A stretch of 64,000 nt of DNA, from NCBI GenBank assembly GCA_963812015.1, contig CAWETI010000003.1, positions 288,001-352,000 on the forward strand, read 5' to 3'. This document shows, in pieces, positions 51,569-62,265 of this stretch. Made by a program: the position numbers and the translations under genes. The stretch comes from an uncultured delta proteobacterium. Lineage in GTDB: Bacteria > Desulfobacterota > Desulfobaccia > Desulfobaccales > 0-14-0-80-60-11. A model generated the notes under the pieces. That model worked only from the letters and a program-made list of their open reading frames with translations. It searched no databases and was not told the DNA's origin. Numbering within the stretch: the stretch's first letter is position 1; each line of letters begins with the position of its first letter.

Positions 51569-52619
51569 GACTTACGTTCGAATTGGCATCGGACTGCTGG
51601 TGCTCCTCATGATTGGGGCCGGGGTCGGCTATTGGATCTATATTCATATAGTCGTCAGCACCGACGACGCCTATGTGGCCGGCTACGTGGGGGTCATTTC
51701 GGCCCGGGTGCCGGGGCGGGTGGCCACGGTGCTGGTGGATAACAACCAGCACGTCACTCCCGGCCAGGTTCTGGTGACCCTGGAGCCCCAGGATTACGAG
51801 ACCGCGGTGGCCAAGGAGGCGGGGAACCTGGGCCGCCTGCGCCAGGAACTGGCCCAGGCTTACGTCCGGGTCTCCACCGCCAAAACCCGGGTGCCCCAGG
51901 CGGAGGCTAATTTCCGCATGGCCAACCTCGATAAGACCCGCTACACCAGCCTGTTTGAGCGCCGCACCATCCCCAAGCAGACCCTGGACCAGGTGGAAAC
52001 CCGCTACCGGATCAACCAGGCGGAAGTGACGAAAGCCCAGCGGGAGTTACATGAGTCCCTGGCCGCCATCGGCGGGTCCACCGACATCCCTTTGGAAGAG
52101 CAGCCGGCCATCAAGGAAGCCAAGGCCAAACTGGAGCAGGCCCGCCTCAACCTGAGCTATAGCAAGATCACCGCCCAGATCAAGGGGTATATCACCAGGC
52201 GGCAGGTGGAAGTGGGCAACTGGGTCCAGCCGGGGCAGCCCCTGATGATGCTGGTGCCACTGGACATGTCCCAGCTGTGGATCCAGGCCAACTACAAAGA
52301 GACGGAACTCACTCACATGTATATCGGCCAGCCCGCCAGGGTCCGCATCGACACCTACCCCGGGGTCGAATTCAAAGGCAGGGTGGATTCCATCATGGCC
52401 GGCACCGGCTCGGCGTTTTCCCTCCTGCCTCCCGAGAACGCCACCGGCAACTGGGTGAAGGTGGTCCAACGCGTCCCGGTCAAAATCACCCTGATTCCGC
52501 CCTTTCCCCCCAACCGGCCTCTGCGCCTGGGGATGTCCACCGAGGTTACCGTCGACACCCGGGAACGCACCGGGAAACGGCTGCTCTCCGGCGGGGATGG
52601 CCACGCCACTTCACAGTAA
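51558..52619 (+). CDS. HlyD/EmrA family periplasmic adaptor
   Basis: STDDAYV, ANYKETEL, GTGSAFSLLPPENATGNWVKVVQRVPV. Confidence 0.93.
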   Translation: MARKTYVRIGIGLLVLLMIGAGVGYWIYIHIVVSTDDAYVAGYVGVISARVPGRVATVLVDNNQHVTPGQVLVTLEPQDYETAVAKEAGNLGRLRQELAQAYVRVSTAKTRVPQAEANFRMANLDKTRYTSLFERRTIPKQTLDQVETRYRINQAEVTKAQRELHESLAAIGGSTDIPLEEQPAIKEAKAKLEQARLNLSYSKITAQIKGYITRRQVEVGNWVQPGQPLMMLVPLDMSQLWIQANYKETELTHMYIGQPARVRIDTYPGVEFKGRVDSIMAGTGSAFSLLPPENATGNWVKVVQRVPVKITLIPPFPPNRPLRLGMSTEVTVDTRERTGKRLLSGGDGHATSQ

Positions 52620-52692
52620 CCGATATCCCGGCGCCTGGGTTTTTAGGGTTATGAACGGCTGGGCCTCAGGGAGTTAATGGTCGAGACAGAAG

Positions 52693-53961
52693 ATGTCCTT
52701 TGAGGCAAGATTCGCAAAAATCATGGATCTTTCCAGAGCCTTGCCGGCCCTGAAGGACCGCCTCATCTCCCTGGCCGCCAGGGACCTGAAGTTCACCGCC
52801 AAAGATACGGCCCACGAAGTGGACCTGACGGTGGACCGCCTGCACCTGTTTGCCCAAGCCAGGGATAGGCTGGCAAAACGCCGGCCCCTGGGAGGACCAG
52901 GCTCCTGGGTCTCCCTGATGCTGTCTTACAACGGCAGCGCCTGGCTGAACACGGTCATAGCCTCATGCTACCTGGTGGGCAACAAAGTCCTGGTAAAGTT
53001 CTCTTCCAAGGGCGCCGAGGTCCGGGGACTGCTGGAGTCGGTCTATGCGCCCATCTTCGGTAATGACATCGTCTTTTACCATGGCGGCGGCCGGAGTTTC
53101 ATGGAGGAGGCCCTGGCAAAGCCGGAGATTTCGGCGGTGGTGGTCTTCGGCTCTGACGCCCACACCCTCCCCTACCAGGAAGCCTTTAGAAACAGCGGCA
53201 AGAAATTAGTGTTCGAGGGGCCGGGGGTTGATCCCTTTATCGTCTTCGCCGATGCCGATCTGGATCTGGCCCTGAACGACCTCATGAGCGCCAAGTTTAT
53301 CTATTCGGGCCAGACCTGCACCGCGCCCAAGCGGATATTTATTCATCAGGCCATCTACGACGAGTTCTTGTCGCGGCTGGTGGAGCGGGTGCGACGATTG
53401 ACGGTGGGAGAGCCTGAAGACCTCAGAACGGACATCTCTCCGGTGGCCAGCGATCTGGCCGTGGAGCGCCTCAAGCTGTACCTGGAGGAGGCGCGGCTCA
53501 AGGGCGCCGGGGTCCTGGTGGGCGGCAAAATTGACGGAAACCTGGTTTACCCCACGGTGATCAGGGACGCCACCGACGACATGCTGGGCATGCGGGAAGA
53601 AGTCTTCGCACCGGTGGCCTTCACCACCGCGTTTGCCACCCGGGAAGAGGTGGTGGCCCGAGCCCGGAATCATAAGTACGGCCTGCGGGCTTCAGTCTTC
53701 GGTGGTCCCGAGGCCCAGCGCGTCGCCCAAGACTTAAAGGGGGAAGATTATTGCCACCCGGTGCCGGATTATACCTTCGGCAAGTTTGGCACGGTCTCGG
53801 TCAATGAACCCAGGTCAGAATCCTGGAAAGGGGCACTGGTGGTCAAACCTGCGGGCGGTTACGGGTATTCCGGCTGGATTTGGGAGACCGTGGACGGGCG
53901 CTTCCGCCTCAAGCAGGGACCGAAACTCATCAGTCTGGAGACCTCCACTCCAGATGAATAA
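52693..53961 (+). CDS. Divergent aldehyde dehydrogenase family protein
   Basis: FEGPGVDPFIV, SGQTCTAPKR (catalytic Cys), REEVFAPV, YGLRASVF. Confidence 0.82.
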   Translation: MSFEARFAKIMDLSRALPALKDRLISLAARDLKFTAKDTAHEVDLTVDRLHLFAQARDRLAKRRPLGGPGSWVSLMLSYNGSAWLNTVIASCYLVGNKVLVKFSSKGAEVRGLLESVYAPIFGNDIVFYHGGGRSFMEEALAKPEISAVVVFGSDAHTLPYQEAFRNSGKKLVFEGPGVDPFIVFADADLDLALNDLMSAKFIYSGQTCTAPKRIFIHQAIYDEFLSRLVERVRRLTVGEPEDLRTDISPVASDLAVERLKLYLEEARLKGAGVLVGGKIDGNLVYPTVIRDATDDMLGMREEVFAPVAFTTAFATREEVVARARNHKYGLRASVFGGPEAQRVAQDLKGEDYCHPVPDYTFGKFGTVSVNEPRSESWKGALVVKPAGGYGYSGWIWETVDGRFRLKQGPKLISLETSTPDE

Positions 53962-54086
53962 ATCGGCAGCCACCCCCAAAGCATGAAGAGACTGGTGATG
54001 CAGGCCTCTGCAGCCGCGCATTTAGGGGACAGGCGCGTCGCCTGCCCACATATTCCTAATAACTTTTCCAGGCTGATCCGATAGCG

Positions 54087-55673
54087 ATGACCACTCCAAA
54101 TAACGGCTCCCCGGTGGCGGTCAACAAATGGCTGGTCACCATTGCGGTGATGGCCGGCACCTTTATGGAGATTGTGGACACCACGGTGGTCAACGTGGCC
54201 CTGCCCCATATCGCCGGCAGCCTGGCCGCCTCGGAAGACGAAACCACCTGGATTCTGACGGCCTACCTGGTCTCCAACGCGGTCATCCTGCCCATCACCG
54301 GCTGGCTCTCGGCGCTGTTCGGCCGCAAGCGCTTTTTGATGCTCTGTATGGGGCTGTTCACCGTCAGTTCCATGTTGTGCGGCATGGCTACCAATCTGGG
54401 GATGCTCATCTTCTTCCGCATCATCCAGGGCGTCGGCGGCGGGGCGCTCCAGCCCATCTCCCAGGCCATTCTCCTGGAAACCTTTCCGGTGGAGGAGCGG
54501 GGTATGGCCATGGCCCTGTGGGGCATCGGGGTGATCATCGCCCCCATTGTGGGGCCGGTCATGGGTGGCTGGGTGACCGACAACCTCACCTGGCGCTGGG
54601 CCTTCTATATCAACCTGCCCATCGGTCTCCTGTCCCTGATCCTCACTTTTCTCTTCATCTTCGACCCGGATTACATCCGGCGCCAGCGGGCCGGCAGCAT
54701 CGACTATTGGGGGCTGGGGCTCTTGGTCGTGGGCCTGGGAGCCCTCCAGGTGGTGCTGGACAAAGGGGAGCGGGACGACTGGTTCTCATCGGCCTTCATC
54801 ACCCGCCTGGCCATTATCGCAGTGGTTGGCTTAATTGTTCTGATCTATCATGAGCTTAAGACCAGGCACCCGGTGGTGGACCTCCGCCTTTTCAAGGAGC
54901 GGAACTACGCCTCCGGGGTGACCATCATGTTCTTTTTCGGGTTTGTGCTCTACGGCAGCATCATGCTCCTGCCCTTGTTCCTCCAGACCCTCATGGGCTA
55001 CGACGCCACCCTGGCGGGCTGGGCCCTGGCCTTCGGGGGCATCGGCTCCCTGATGATCATGCCGGTGGTGGGCCGGCTGACCATGGTGATGGACAGCCGC
55101 AAGATAGTGTTTGTGGGTCTGGTTATCAATGCCTATGCCGTTTATCTCATGAGCGGCTACACCACCACTATTAATTTTTATCATGCCTGGTGGCCCCGGT
55201 TCATCCAGGGGTTTGGCCTGGGGGCCACCTTCGTATCCCTCACCACTCTCACCATGTCCCGCATCTCCCAGGAAAAAATGGGCAATGCCACCGGCATCTT
55301 CAACCTGATGCGCAACCTGGGGGGCTCCTTCGGCATAGCTACGGCAACCACCCTCCTGGCCCGACGGAGCCAGTTCCATCAAAGCCGCCTGGTGGAACAT
55401 CTCACCCCCCTTTCCCTCCCCTTTACCGACTGGCAGCATCGTTTGTCGCAAGCCATGCCGGACCTGGGAATCAACTGGCAGTGGTGGAATGCCCCCGAGG
55501 CCATGGCCGGGCTCTATCAGGAAGTACTGCGCCAGGCGAAAATGCTGGCCTTCTGCGACGACTACTGGTTCTTTACCATCGTTTTTCTCTGTCTATTGCC
55601 CCTGGTCTTTCTCATGCGGCGAGGCCCCAAGCCTGTGGTGGCGGAAGAACCGGGCAGAGAACCCCTTCCTTGA
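54087..55673 (+). CDS. DHA2 family MFS efflux permease (EmrB-like)
   Basis: MEIVDTTVVNVALP, WILTAYLVSNA, WRWAFYINLPIG, FNLMRNLGGSFG. Confidence 0.95.
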   Translation: MTTPNNGSPVAVNKWLVTIAVMAGTFMEIVDTTVVNVALPHIAGSLAASEDETTWILTAYLVSNAVILPITGWLSALFGRKRFLMLCMGLFTVSSMLCGMATNLGMLIFFRIIQGVGGGALQPISQAILLETFPVEERGMAMALWGIGVIIAPIVGPVMGGWVTDNLTWRWAFYINLPIGLLSLILTFLFIFDPDYIRRQRAGSIDYWGLGLLVVGLGALQVVLDKGERDDWFSSAFITRLAIIAVVGLIVLIYHELKTRHPVVDLRLFKERNYASGVTIMFFFGFVLYGSIMLLPLFLQTLMGYDATLAGWALAFGGIGSLMIMPVVGRLTMVMDSRKIVFVGLVINAYAVYLMSGYTTTINFYHAWWPRFIQGFGLGATFVSLTTLTMSRISQEKMGNATGIFNLMRNLGGSFGIATATTLLARRSQFHQSRLVEHLTPLSLPFTDWQHRLSQAMPDLGINWQWWNAPEAMAGLYQEVLRQAKMLAFCDDYWFFTIVFLCLLPLVFLMRRGPKPVVAEEPGREPLP

Positions 55674-55763
55674 TTGGCCGCACTCTGATATTATCCATTT
55701 AATCAGGGCCATCAATCGGCCGGCTGATGATCTCCCGTGCCCCCGGGCGAGAAGGATACGTAG

Positions 55764-56723
55764 GTGCGCCTTGTCAATCTAATTCTCCTGCTGATCGCCT
55801 CGATTTTCTTCATCTGGATTCTTAATGAGGTTGGCTGGGACATCCTGGGACATTATCTCTGGCAGGTAGGCTGGTATTGGCCGCTGCTTCTTCTGCCTTA
55901 TGGGGTGGTCAACTGGCTGGAATCCTGGTCCTGGAAATATATCCTCGTGGACCTGCCGGAAAAAACCACGGTGACCCGGCTCTTCTGGCTCCGTCTCGGG
56001 GGGGAAGCCCTGAACCAACTCACTCCCACCGCCTGCCTGGGGGGTGAGCCGTTTAAGGCCTCTCGCCTCCAGGCCGACGGCGTACCGTTGGAGTTAGCCA
56101 GCGCCTCGGTGGTGATCCTCAAGGGCATCCTGTTTCTGAGCCTGACTCTGTATATTATTACCGGGCTGGCCCTGGCCCCCATCTTTCTGCCGGAAGCGGC
56201 CAAGCATATGCTGCTCTTAAGCCTGGCGGCCCTGGGCCTGGTTGCGGTGGGCGTAACCTTCGTCGTGCTCCAGCGCCGGGAACCCTGCGGTAACAGCTTT
56301 CGCTTCCTCTCGAAGCGAGGCTGGGTTCCCCGCTTCCTCAAGGATCAGGAAGGCTTTTTAGAGGGTCTGGATACGGCCATGTCCCAATTTTACCGGCAAT
56401 ATCCGGCCCGGGCCGTGCTCGCCTTTTCCCTGTTTTTCTGCAGCTGGCTGCTCCATGCGGTGGAGGTCTACCTGATATTCCGGCTCCTGGGCCACCCCAT
56501 CAGTTGGGGCCTGGCCGTCTGCCTGGATGCCCTGGCCATGCTCTTCTCAGCCCTGGGATTTTTTATCCCCGCATCCATGGGAGTGCAGGAGGGCGGCAAC
56601 ATTCTCCTGGCCGTGGGCTTTAATTTGGGGTTCACCCTCGGCGCGGCCTTCAGCATCCTGCGGCGCATCCGGGAAGCCTTCTGGCTCTGCCTGGGTCTGG
56701 TGGTGGTGTGGCGGGAGAAATGA
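55764..56723 (+). CDS. Lysylphosphatidylglycerol-synthase TM (flippase-like) membrane protein
   Basis: GEALNQLTP...GGEP, FFIPASMGVQEGG, LRRIRE. Confidence 0.8.
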   Translation: MRLVNLILLLIASIFFIWILNEVGWDILGHYLWQVGWYWPLLLLPYGVVNWLESWSWKYILVDLPEKTTVTRLFWLRLGGEALNQLTPTACLGGEPFKASRLQADGVPLELASASVVILKGILFLSLTLYIITGLALAPIFLPEAAKHMLLLSLAALGLVAVGVTFVVLQRREPCGNSFRFLSKRGWVPRFLKDQEGFLEGLDTAMSQFYRQYPARAVLAFSLFFCSWLLHAVEVYLIFRLLGHPISWGLAVCLDALAMLFSALGFFIPASMGVQEGGNILLAVGFNLGFTLGAAFSILRRIREAFWLCLGLVVVWREK

Positions 56724-56904
56724 TGTTGAGCCGCAAGCCTAGCCGCGGCCGAGTAACTTTTTAGGATAACCTGACCATATCAAATAATTTCTCTATGGAG
56801 TTTAACCGGAATATATATAGCAGATATATGATGGGGAAGATACCCCCCCTTTTTATCTTAATAAATAATTAATTTCAGCTGAGAACAAAGTATCTTGGTG
56901 ATGA

Positions 56905-58092
56905 TTAAGGGACCACCGGGACAGTATCTCGGGCTGAAACCCGGGGCCCTTCGTCCTTCTTTACCTTGAGATAATTGTCCACTAAACCAGCAATGACCTG
57001 ATTTCCCTCTTCGTTGTAATGTTTGACCTTAATGAGTTTAAAAGGATTGCGTCCCTGGAGATAATCAACCATCCCGGGGCCGAGATTCAGGCACTCCACC
57101 CCCTCTTTCGCCAACCGGTCAACCAGGTTTTGAAAACTCCAGACGCCGGTCTTAAGAAAATATTGCAGATCCACCGGGTGGGGAATCAATATGATGACCG
57201 GCTGTTTATTTCTGCAAATCGCCAAGTCCCAGAACGCCTTGGCGATCTTGGCAGTAATAACCAGACTGCCCGATGGGTGATTCTCCTGGTAAAAATCGGC
57301 CCAATAGGGCCTCCCCATAATTCTCGGTATGACCCGGAAGTGCCGCCATGATTTTATCAGGGAAATCGTGAAAGGGAACCGTAACTTGAAGGGGCCTTGG
57401 GGCCCATCCAACCGGAAATATTCGTAGGGCAAGAACGAGTTCGGGTCTTTGACCAGTTTCTCATAGTCAGCCTTGGACATTTCCGGCAAGGGGACCAGTT
57501 CCAGATCTCCGGTCCGGTTGAGGATAAACTTGGGTGTCAGACCATAGCGCATCGGATAGTAAAGATTTCTCAACTGGTTGACGTTCCTTATGATATTATC
57601 AGAAAAAATTCCCAGGATTACTATGGGGGACTCATCATTTTGGTTTAACTTGAAGCGCAGATAGGCCTGATCCGTCCCATACCCTCCCACGGCATAATTT
57701 GCCACCCGGCACTGTTCAAGTTTGGAAAGAAGATTGGACCAGGCATGATCGTCATCCACCTCCTCCGCGTAAGTGAAGGAATCGCCGTACAGGGAGATAC
57801 ATGAAGGAAATCTGTCAGGATCTGGATAGGCCGGGATAGGCCTTGATCCCATCTTGTCCCGGTCTTTCTTGTCCGGTAAGGTTGACGTCCACCCCAACAC
57901 CGGGTCCCGGTAGCGTAGATAATCAGCGTAATCGTGAAGATCGCTCTCTTCCTGGTAGAACACCCTATGAGATTTGGCTAAAAAATCCCCCACCCCATAG
58001 GCGCATAATTCCATGAGAAAGAGATTAAATATCATCAGGATGGAGTAATATAAGTATCTCTTTCTCTTTGTCAAAACACTCTGATCGGGCAT
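56905..58092 (-). CDS. Membrane-anchored SGNH-hydrolase-like protein, AT-richer than host genes
   Basis: N-terminal TM, YGDSFT, NYAVGGYGTDQ, C-terminal HYNEEGN. Confidence 0.7.
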   Translation of the reverse strand: MPDQSVLTKRKRYLYYSILMIFNLFLMELCAYGVGDFLAKSHRVFYQEESDLHDYADYLRYRDPVLGWTSTLPDKKDRDKMGSRPIPAYPDPDRFPSCISLYGDSFTYAEEVDDDHAWSNLLSKLEQCRVANYAVGGYGTDQAYLRFKLNQNDESPIVILGIFSDNIIRNVNQLRNLYYPMRYGLTPKFILNRTGDLELVPLPEMSKADYEKLVKDPNSFLPYEYFRLDGPQGPFKLRFPFTISLIKSWRHFRVIPRIMGRPYWADFYQENHPSGSLVITAKIAKAFWDLAICRNKQPVIILIPHPVDLQYFLKTGVWSFQNLVDRLAKEGVECLNLGPGMVDYLQGRNPFKLIKVKHYNEEGNQVIAGLVDNYLKVKKDEGPRVSARDTVPVVP

Positions 58093-58364
58093 GGAAAAAA
58101 TTCCTACATGACTCTAACCCCGACCCAAGTAATTTGGGAGAGTCCTCTCATCCCTTGGGAAGGGGGTCGACTGACGAAAAGGCTTCCGGGAAAATCAGGG
58201 ATTAACCCCGGAGATACTTCCAGCCGCGACCGGTTTTTGAGAGATAAGAAGATTGCCGAGTATATTAATTAAAATAATAAGAATAACGTAAATCCGATTA
58301 TTAGCAATCCTGCTCTGATGATAAGGCCAAATTGTTTTAAATATCGGATCAATCTTGTGAACCC

Positions 58365-58400
58365 AGATTATGCAGCAACCTTGGCCACCGCAGTCAAAAA
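58365..58400 (-). promoter_or_regulatory. Second copy of the 36-nt upstream motif
   Basis: Minus strand tttttgactgcggtggccaaggttgctgcataatct. Confidence 0.6.
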
Positions 58401-58640
58401 TTGCTTTTTTGGACCTTTTGGCTCAGGAAAAATCTCCGATAGTTTCTGTTTTATGCCGAATCCTCTCCTCCGCGGCATCATAGCACAACGTTAGCTGAAT
58501 AAAGTAATTTTGTCTCAGATTTTGGACAACGCCTGTCAAGAGAAGAGAGCAGGAAGGACAGATAACTTGTAACTTGGTACTAGCAAAACTACCTGTCAAT
58601 TGAAAAGTGTTGTCGATAGGATATGCATAACGGAACGCCA

Positions 58641-59894
58641 TCAGGACCCGCCAAACAACCGCACCTTAACGGTTTCGCCTTTAACCAGGCCTTCCACTCC
58701 CAGGGGGATCATCACCAGGCCGTCGCTTTTCACCAAGGGGGACAGCAACCCCGAAGGCCCCAGGACCGGGTCGGCCCACAGGGTCTCCCCCTCCCGGCGC
58801 AGACGCACCCTGACGTAGTCTTCCCGGCCCGTGGCTCCGGCCAGGTTCCGGGACAATGAGGCGGTTACGGCGCCCCCCCAGGGGGGCGGGCCGGTCAGAC
58901 CGGCCAGGCGCATCAACAAGGGTCGCCCCAGGACGTCCATGACCACGGCGGCGGAGGCCGGGTGCCCCGGCAACCCCATGAGGGGCTTGGGACGGGTTTC
59001 GCCCACCCCGGCCAGGATGGTGGGTTTGCCGGGCCTGAGGGCCACCCCGTGCACCAAGATCTCGGCCCCGGGTAGGTCCTGGATGGCGGTAAGGGTCAGA
59101 TCCCTAACGCCCACGGAGCTGCCCCCGGAGACCAGGATCAGGTCTGCGGCGTCCAGAGCCGCGGCCAGGGTTTTTCGTAAGAGAGAAAAATCATCGGGCA
59201 CTATGCCCTGGAGCAGAGGCAGGCCGCCCCACTCGGCCACCTGGGCCGCAGCCAGATAGGCATTGGAATCCCGCACCTGTCCCGGCCGGGGTTTTGCGTC
59301 CAGGGGGACGATTTCATCCCCGGAAGAGATAATGGCCACACGGGGCTTTTGGTAAACCACCATACGAAAAATTCCCAGGGCAGCCAGGAGGCCGATTTCC
59401 TGGGGGCGGAGGCGACGGCCGGCCGGGAAGAGTGGTTCCCCCCGGGCCACATCCTCCCCGGGCTTCAGGACGTTTTCGCCGGGGGCAACGGCCCGGCGCA
59501 CCTCCAGGGTCCCGTCCGGGTGCTCGGCGGTGTATTCGATCATCACCACCGCGTCGGCGCCTTCGGGCAACATGGCGCCGGTGGCCACCCGCAGGGTCTC
59601 GCCGCCGGCCACGCCCCGGCCGGGGGTCACCCCCATGGGGACTTCCCCATTGATCTCCAGGTACTGGGGCGCGCCGACGCTGGCCCCGAAAGTGTCCTGG
59701 GCCCGGACCGCGTAGCCGTCCATGGTGGCCCGCAGGAACCCGGGCACATCCTCCGGCGCAGCGATGGGCGTGGCCAGGACCCGGCCCTGGGCATCCGCTA
59801 GCTCCACCTCCTCCACCCCCACCGGCGGAAACCGGTCATAGAGGGCGAGGACTTCTTGGCGGGTTTGCAGGCGGAAGAATTCTAATTGGGTCAT
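58641..59894 (-). CDS. moeA: Molybdopterin molybdotransferase
   Basis: ATMDGYAV, ATGAMLPEGADAVVMIE, SSGDE, SGGSSVG, PGKP, LPGHP; start MTQLEFF. Confidence 0.93.
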   Translation of the reverse strand: MTQLEFFRLQTRQEVLALYDRFPPVGVEEVELADAQGRVLATPIAAPEDVPGFLRATMDGYAVRAQDTFGASVGAPQYLEINGEVPMGVTPGRGVAGGETLRVATGAMLPEGADAVVMIEYTAEHPDGTLEVRRAVAPGENVLKPGEDVARGEPLFPAGRRLRPQEIGLLAALGIFRMVVYQKPRVAIISSGDEIVPLDAKPRPGQVRDSNAYLAAAQVAEWGGLPLLQGIVPDDFSLLRKTLAAALDAADLILVSGGSSVGVRDLTLTAIQDLPGAEILVHGVALRPGKPTILAGVGETRPKPLMGLPGHPASAAVVMDVLGRPLLMRLAGLTGPPPWGGAVTASLSRNLAGATGREDYVRVRLRREGETLWADPVLGPSGLLSPLVKSDGLVMIPLGVEGLVKGETVKVRLFGGS

Positions 59895-60014
59895 TCGGTT
59901 TAATACTCTCAATTGGCAATGCAGCAAGAGCATTGCCCACCGTTGTGCAAATGCACAGGCGGGACGCCGGTGCCCACCAGGATTTTTTAGATGGTGCGCA
60001 GGGCGCACCCTACG

Positions 60015-62045
60015 TTAAACTCGTGAAAATATCCTTACATCTACCGCAAACAAGCCCTTCTCATACAGCAGCAACGGGTTGATTTCGATCTGGTCCAGTT
60101 CCGGGTGTTTTCCGGCAAAGCGGGCCAGGGCCTTCATGGCCATGAGCAGCGCCTCGGTGTCCCGGGGGTGGTGGCCCCGGTAGCCGGTGAGGAGGGGGTA
60201 GCCCTTAACCCGCTTCATCAGGTCTTCCAACTCGGCGTCCTCAGCGGGAAGGAGGCAGAAGGCTACGTCCTTATAAATTTCGGTGTTGATGCCGCCCAGG
60301 CCGAACATCAGGGTGGAGCCGTACTGGGGATCGGTGATGGTGCTTAGGATGACTTCCAGGCCGCCGGGTTTGGCCATGGGGGAGATACTGACGCCGCCGA
60401 TGGTGACCCAGCGCTCATAGAGTTGGGTGGCGTCCATGATCTCCTGGTAGGCCTGGCGCACTTCCGCCTCGTTCTCCAGCCCCAGGTAAACCCCGCCCAT
60501 GTCGGTTTTATGGGCGATCTCGGGGGAGGCGATTTTCATGGCTACCGGGTAACCGAACTGCCGGGCCAGTTCCACGGCCTCTTCGACCTCTTTGGCCAGG
60601 GGGGCGGCGGCGGTGGGGATGCCGGCTTTGGCCAGCAAGGCTACGGCTTCCGGGGGCGGGAGTAGACAGAGCCCCTCGGGCACCGCCAGCTTGGGACGGC
60701 CGAGGGCCGGGGTCGGGCGGGGCTCGAACCGAAAGAACTGGGCCAGGGCCTTGATGCCCCGTTCCGGGGTAGGAAAGACCGGGATGCCGGCCTTATAAAA
60801 ATGCTGGCGCTCTTCCCGCTCCACCTCGGCGCCACCCAGGAAAACGACCAATTCCGAAGCGCCAGGGGTGACCTGTTGGGAGGCCCCCGGGATGGGGTCC
60901 CCGAAGATTACCACCTGGGTGTCGTACTCCTCCCGAGTTTTGTCCATCACCTGCTTGTAGAGGTCCGGGGCGCTGATGGCGTCGCCGGTCAAATCCACCG
61001 GGTTGCCCACAGCGCAGTGGGCCGGGAGCATCTCCCGCAGTTTTTCTTTAAGTAGGGGATTGGGCTCTGGGACTGTCAGGCCGTGGTTCTCGGCCTCGTC
61101 GATGGCCAAAATCGCCGCGCCGCCGGAGGAGGTGGTGATCATGAGCTTCCTGCCCTTAGGTTTGGGGAGATAGGCCAGGGCCTTGGCAAAGTCGAAGAGT
61201 TCTTCCAGGGTATCGGCCCGGTGGACCCGGTACTTGCGGAACAGGGCGTCATAGATGGCGTCGGTCCCGGCCATGGATTTGGTGTGGGACTCGGCGGCGC
61301 GGCTGCCCTGGGTGGTGCGCCCCGCCTTGAGGATGACCACTGGCTTTTCGGTCTCCCGCAAGGCGTCGAGGAAGTAGGAGGCCCGTTTGACCCCTTCGAG
61401 ATACAGGGCGATGACCTGGGTGTGGGGGTCCTGGTTGAAGTACATGAGCACCTCGGCCTCATCCACGTCCACCCGGTTGCCCAGAGACACGAAGCCGCTG
61501 ACCCCCAGGTGTTCGGCCGCGGCCATATCCAGGAAGGCGGCGCCCACGGTGCCGGACTGTGAGGCGAAGGCGATCCGGCCCCGGGTGGTGATCAGCGGCC
61601 AGGAGGCGCACATCAGTTCATGGGGCATGTTGACCCCCTGGCAGTTGGGGCCGATGACCCGAATCCCGGTCTTACGAACGACCTGGGCCAGCTCATCCTG
61701 GAGGCGTTCCCCGTCAGGGCCGGCTTCGGCAAAGCCGCCGGTGATGACGATGGCCGCCTTGACGCCTTTCTCGGCGCACTGCTCCAAAGTGGCAGCTACG
61801 ATCCGGGCGGGAATCACCACCACCGCCAGGTCCGGGGCCGCCGGGGTGTCGGCGATGCTTTTATAGACCCTGAGGCCCAGGATTTCGTCGGCCTTGGGGT
61901 TAATGGGATAGAGGGCGCCGGGAAAGCCGCCGTTCTTGAGATTGGCCAGGATGTCGTGGCCCAGTTTGCCGGGGGCGGTGGATGCGCCGATGACGGCGAC
62001 GCTGGTGGGCTTAAAGATGGGGGCGAGGCTGGCGAGTATGTCCAT
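60015..62045 (-). CDS. ADP-forming acetate/acyl-CoA ligase (fused alpha-beta)
   Basis: SVAVIGAS, IGPNCQG, SQSG, AAESHT (phospho-His), NPVD, ATP-grasp HKTDMGGV, EINPL. Confidence 0.92.
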   Translation of the reverse strand: MDILASLAPIFKPTSVAVIGASTAPGKLGHDILANLKNGGFPGALYPINPKADEILGLRVYKSIADTPAAPDLAVVVIPARIVAATLEQCAEKGVKAAIVITGGFAEAGPDGERLQDELAQVVRKTGIRVIGPNCQGVNMPHELMCASWPLITTRGRIAFASQSGTVGAAFLDMAAAEHLGVSGFVSLGNRVDVDEAEVLMYFNQDPHTQVIALYLEGVKRASYFLDALRETEKPVVILKAGRTTQGSRAAESHTKSMAGTDAIYDALFRKYRVHRADTLEELFDFAKALAYLPKPKGRKLMITTSSGGAAILAIDEAENHGLTVPEPNPLLKEKLREMLPAHCAVGNPVDLTGDAISAPDLYKQVMDKTREEYDTQVVIFGDPIPGASQQVTPGASELVVFLGGAEVEREERQHFYKAGIPVFPTPERGIKALAQFFRFEPRPTPALGRPKLAVPEGLCLLPPPEAVALLAKAGIPTAAAPLAKEVEEAVELARQFGYPVAMKIASPEIAHKTDMGGVYLGLENEAEVRQAYQEIMDATQLYERWVTIGGVSISPMAKPGGLEVILSTITDPQYGSTLMFGLGGINTEIYKDVAFCLLPAEDAELEDLMKRVKGYPLLTGYRGHHPRDTEALLMAMKALARFAGKHPELDQIEINPLLLYEKGLFAVDVRIFSRV

Positions 62046-62265
62046 GGGGCCTCCAAGTCAAATGTAATGGCTTAAGATACCCCGATGATAGCATAGAGGG
62101 CGAAAAGGGGAAGGGGGGAAAAGAGGGGGTGGCCGGGGGCGGCGATTTTCGCCAGGGTCAAATGCCGGGCTTCCCTTGCCTCGTCCGGCAAGAGTAATTA
62201 TAAGAGAGATAGTGGTGGTGACGGGAACCCGGTGACCGGGAATAGCTGAGAGAATCGGAGGGAAT

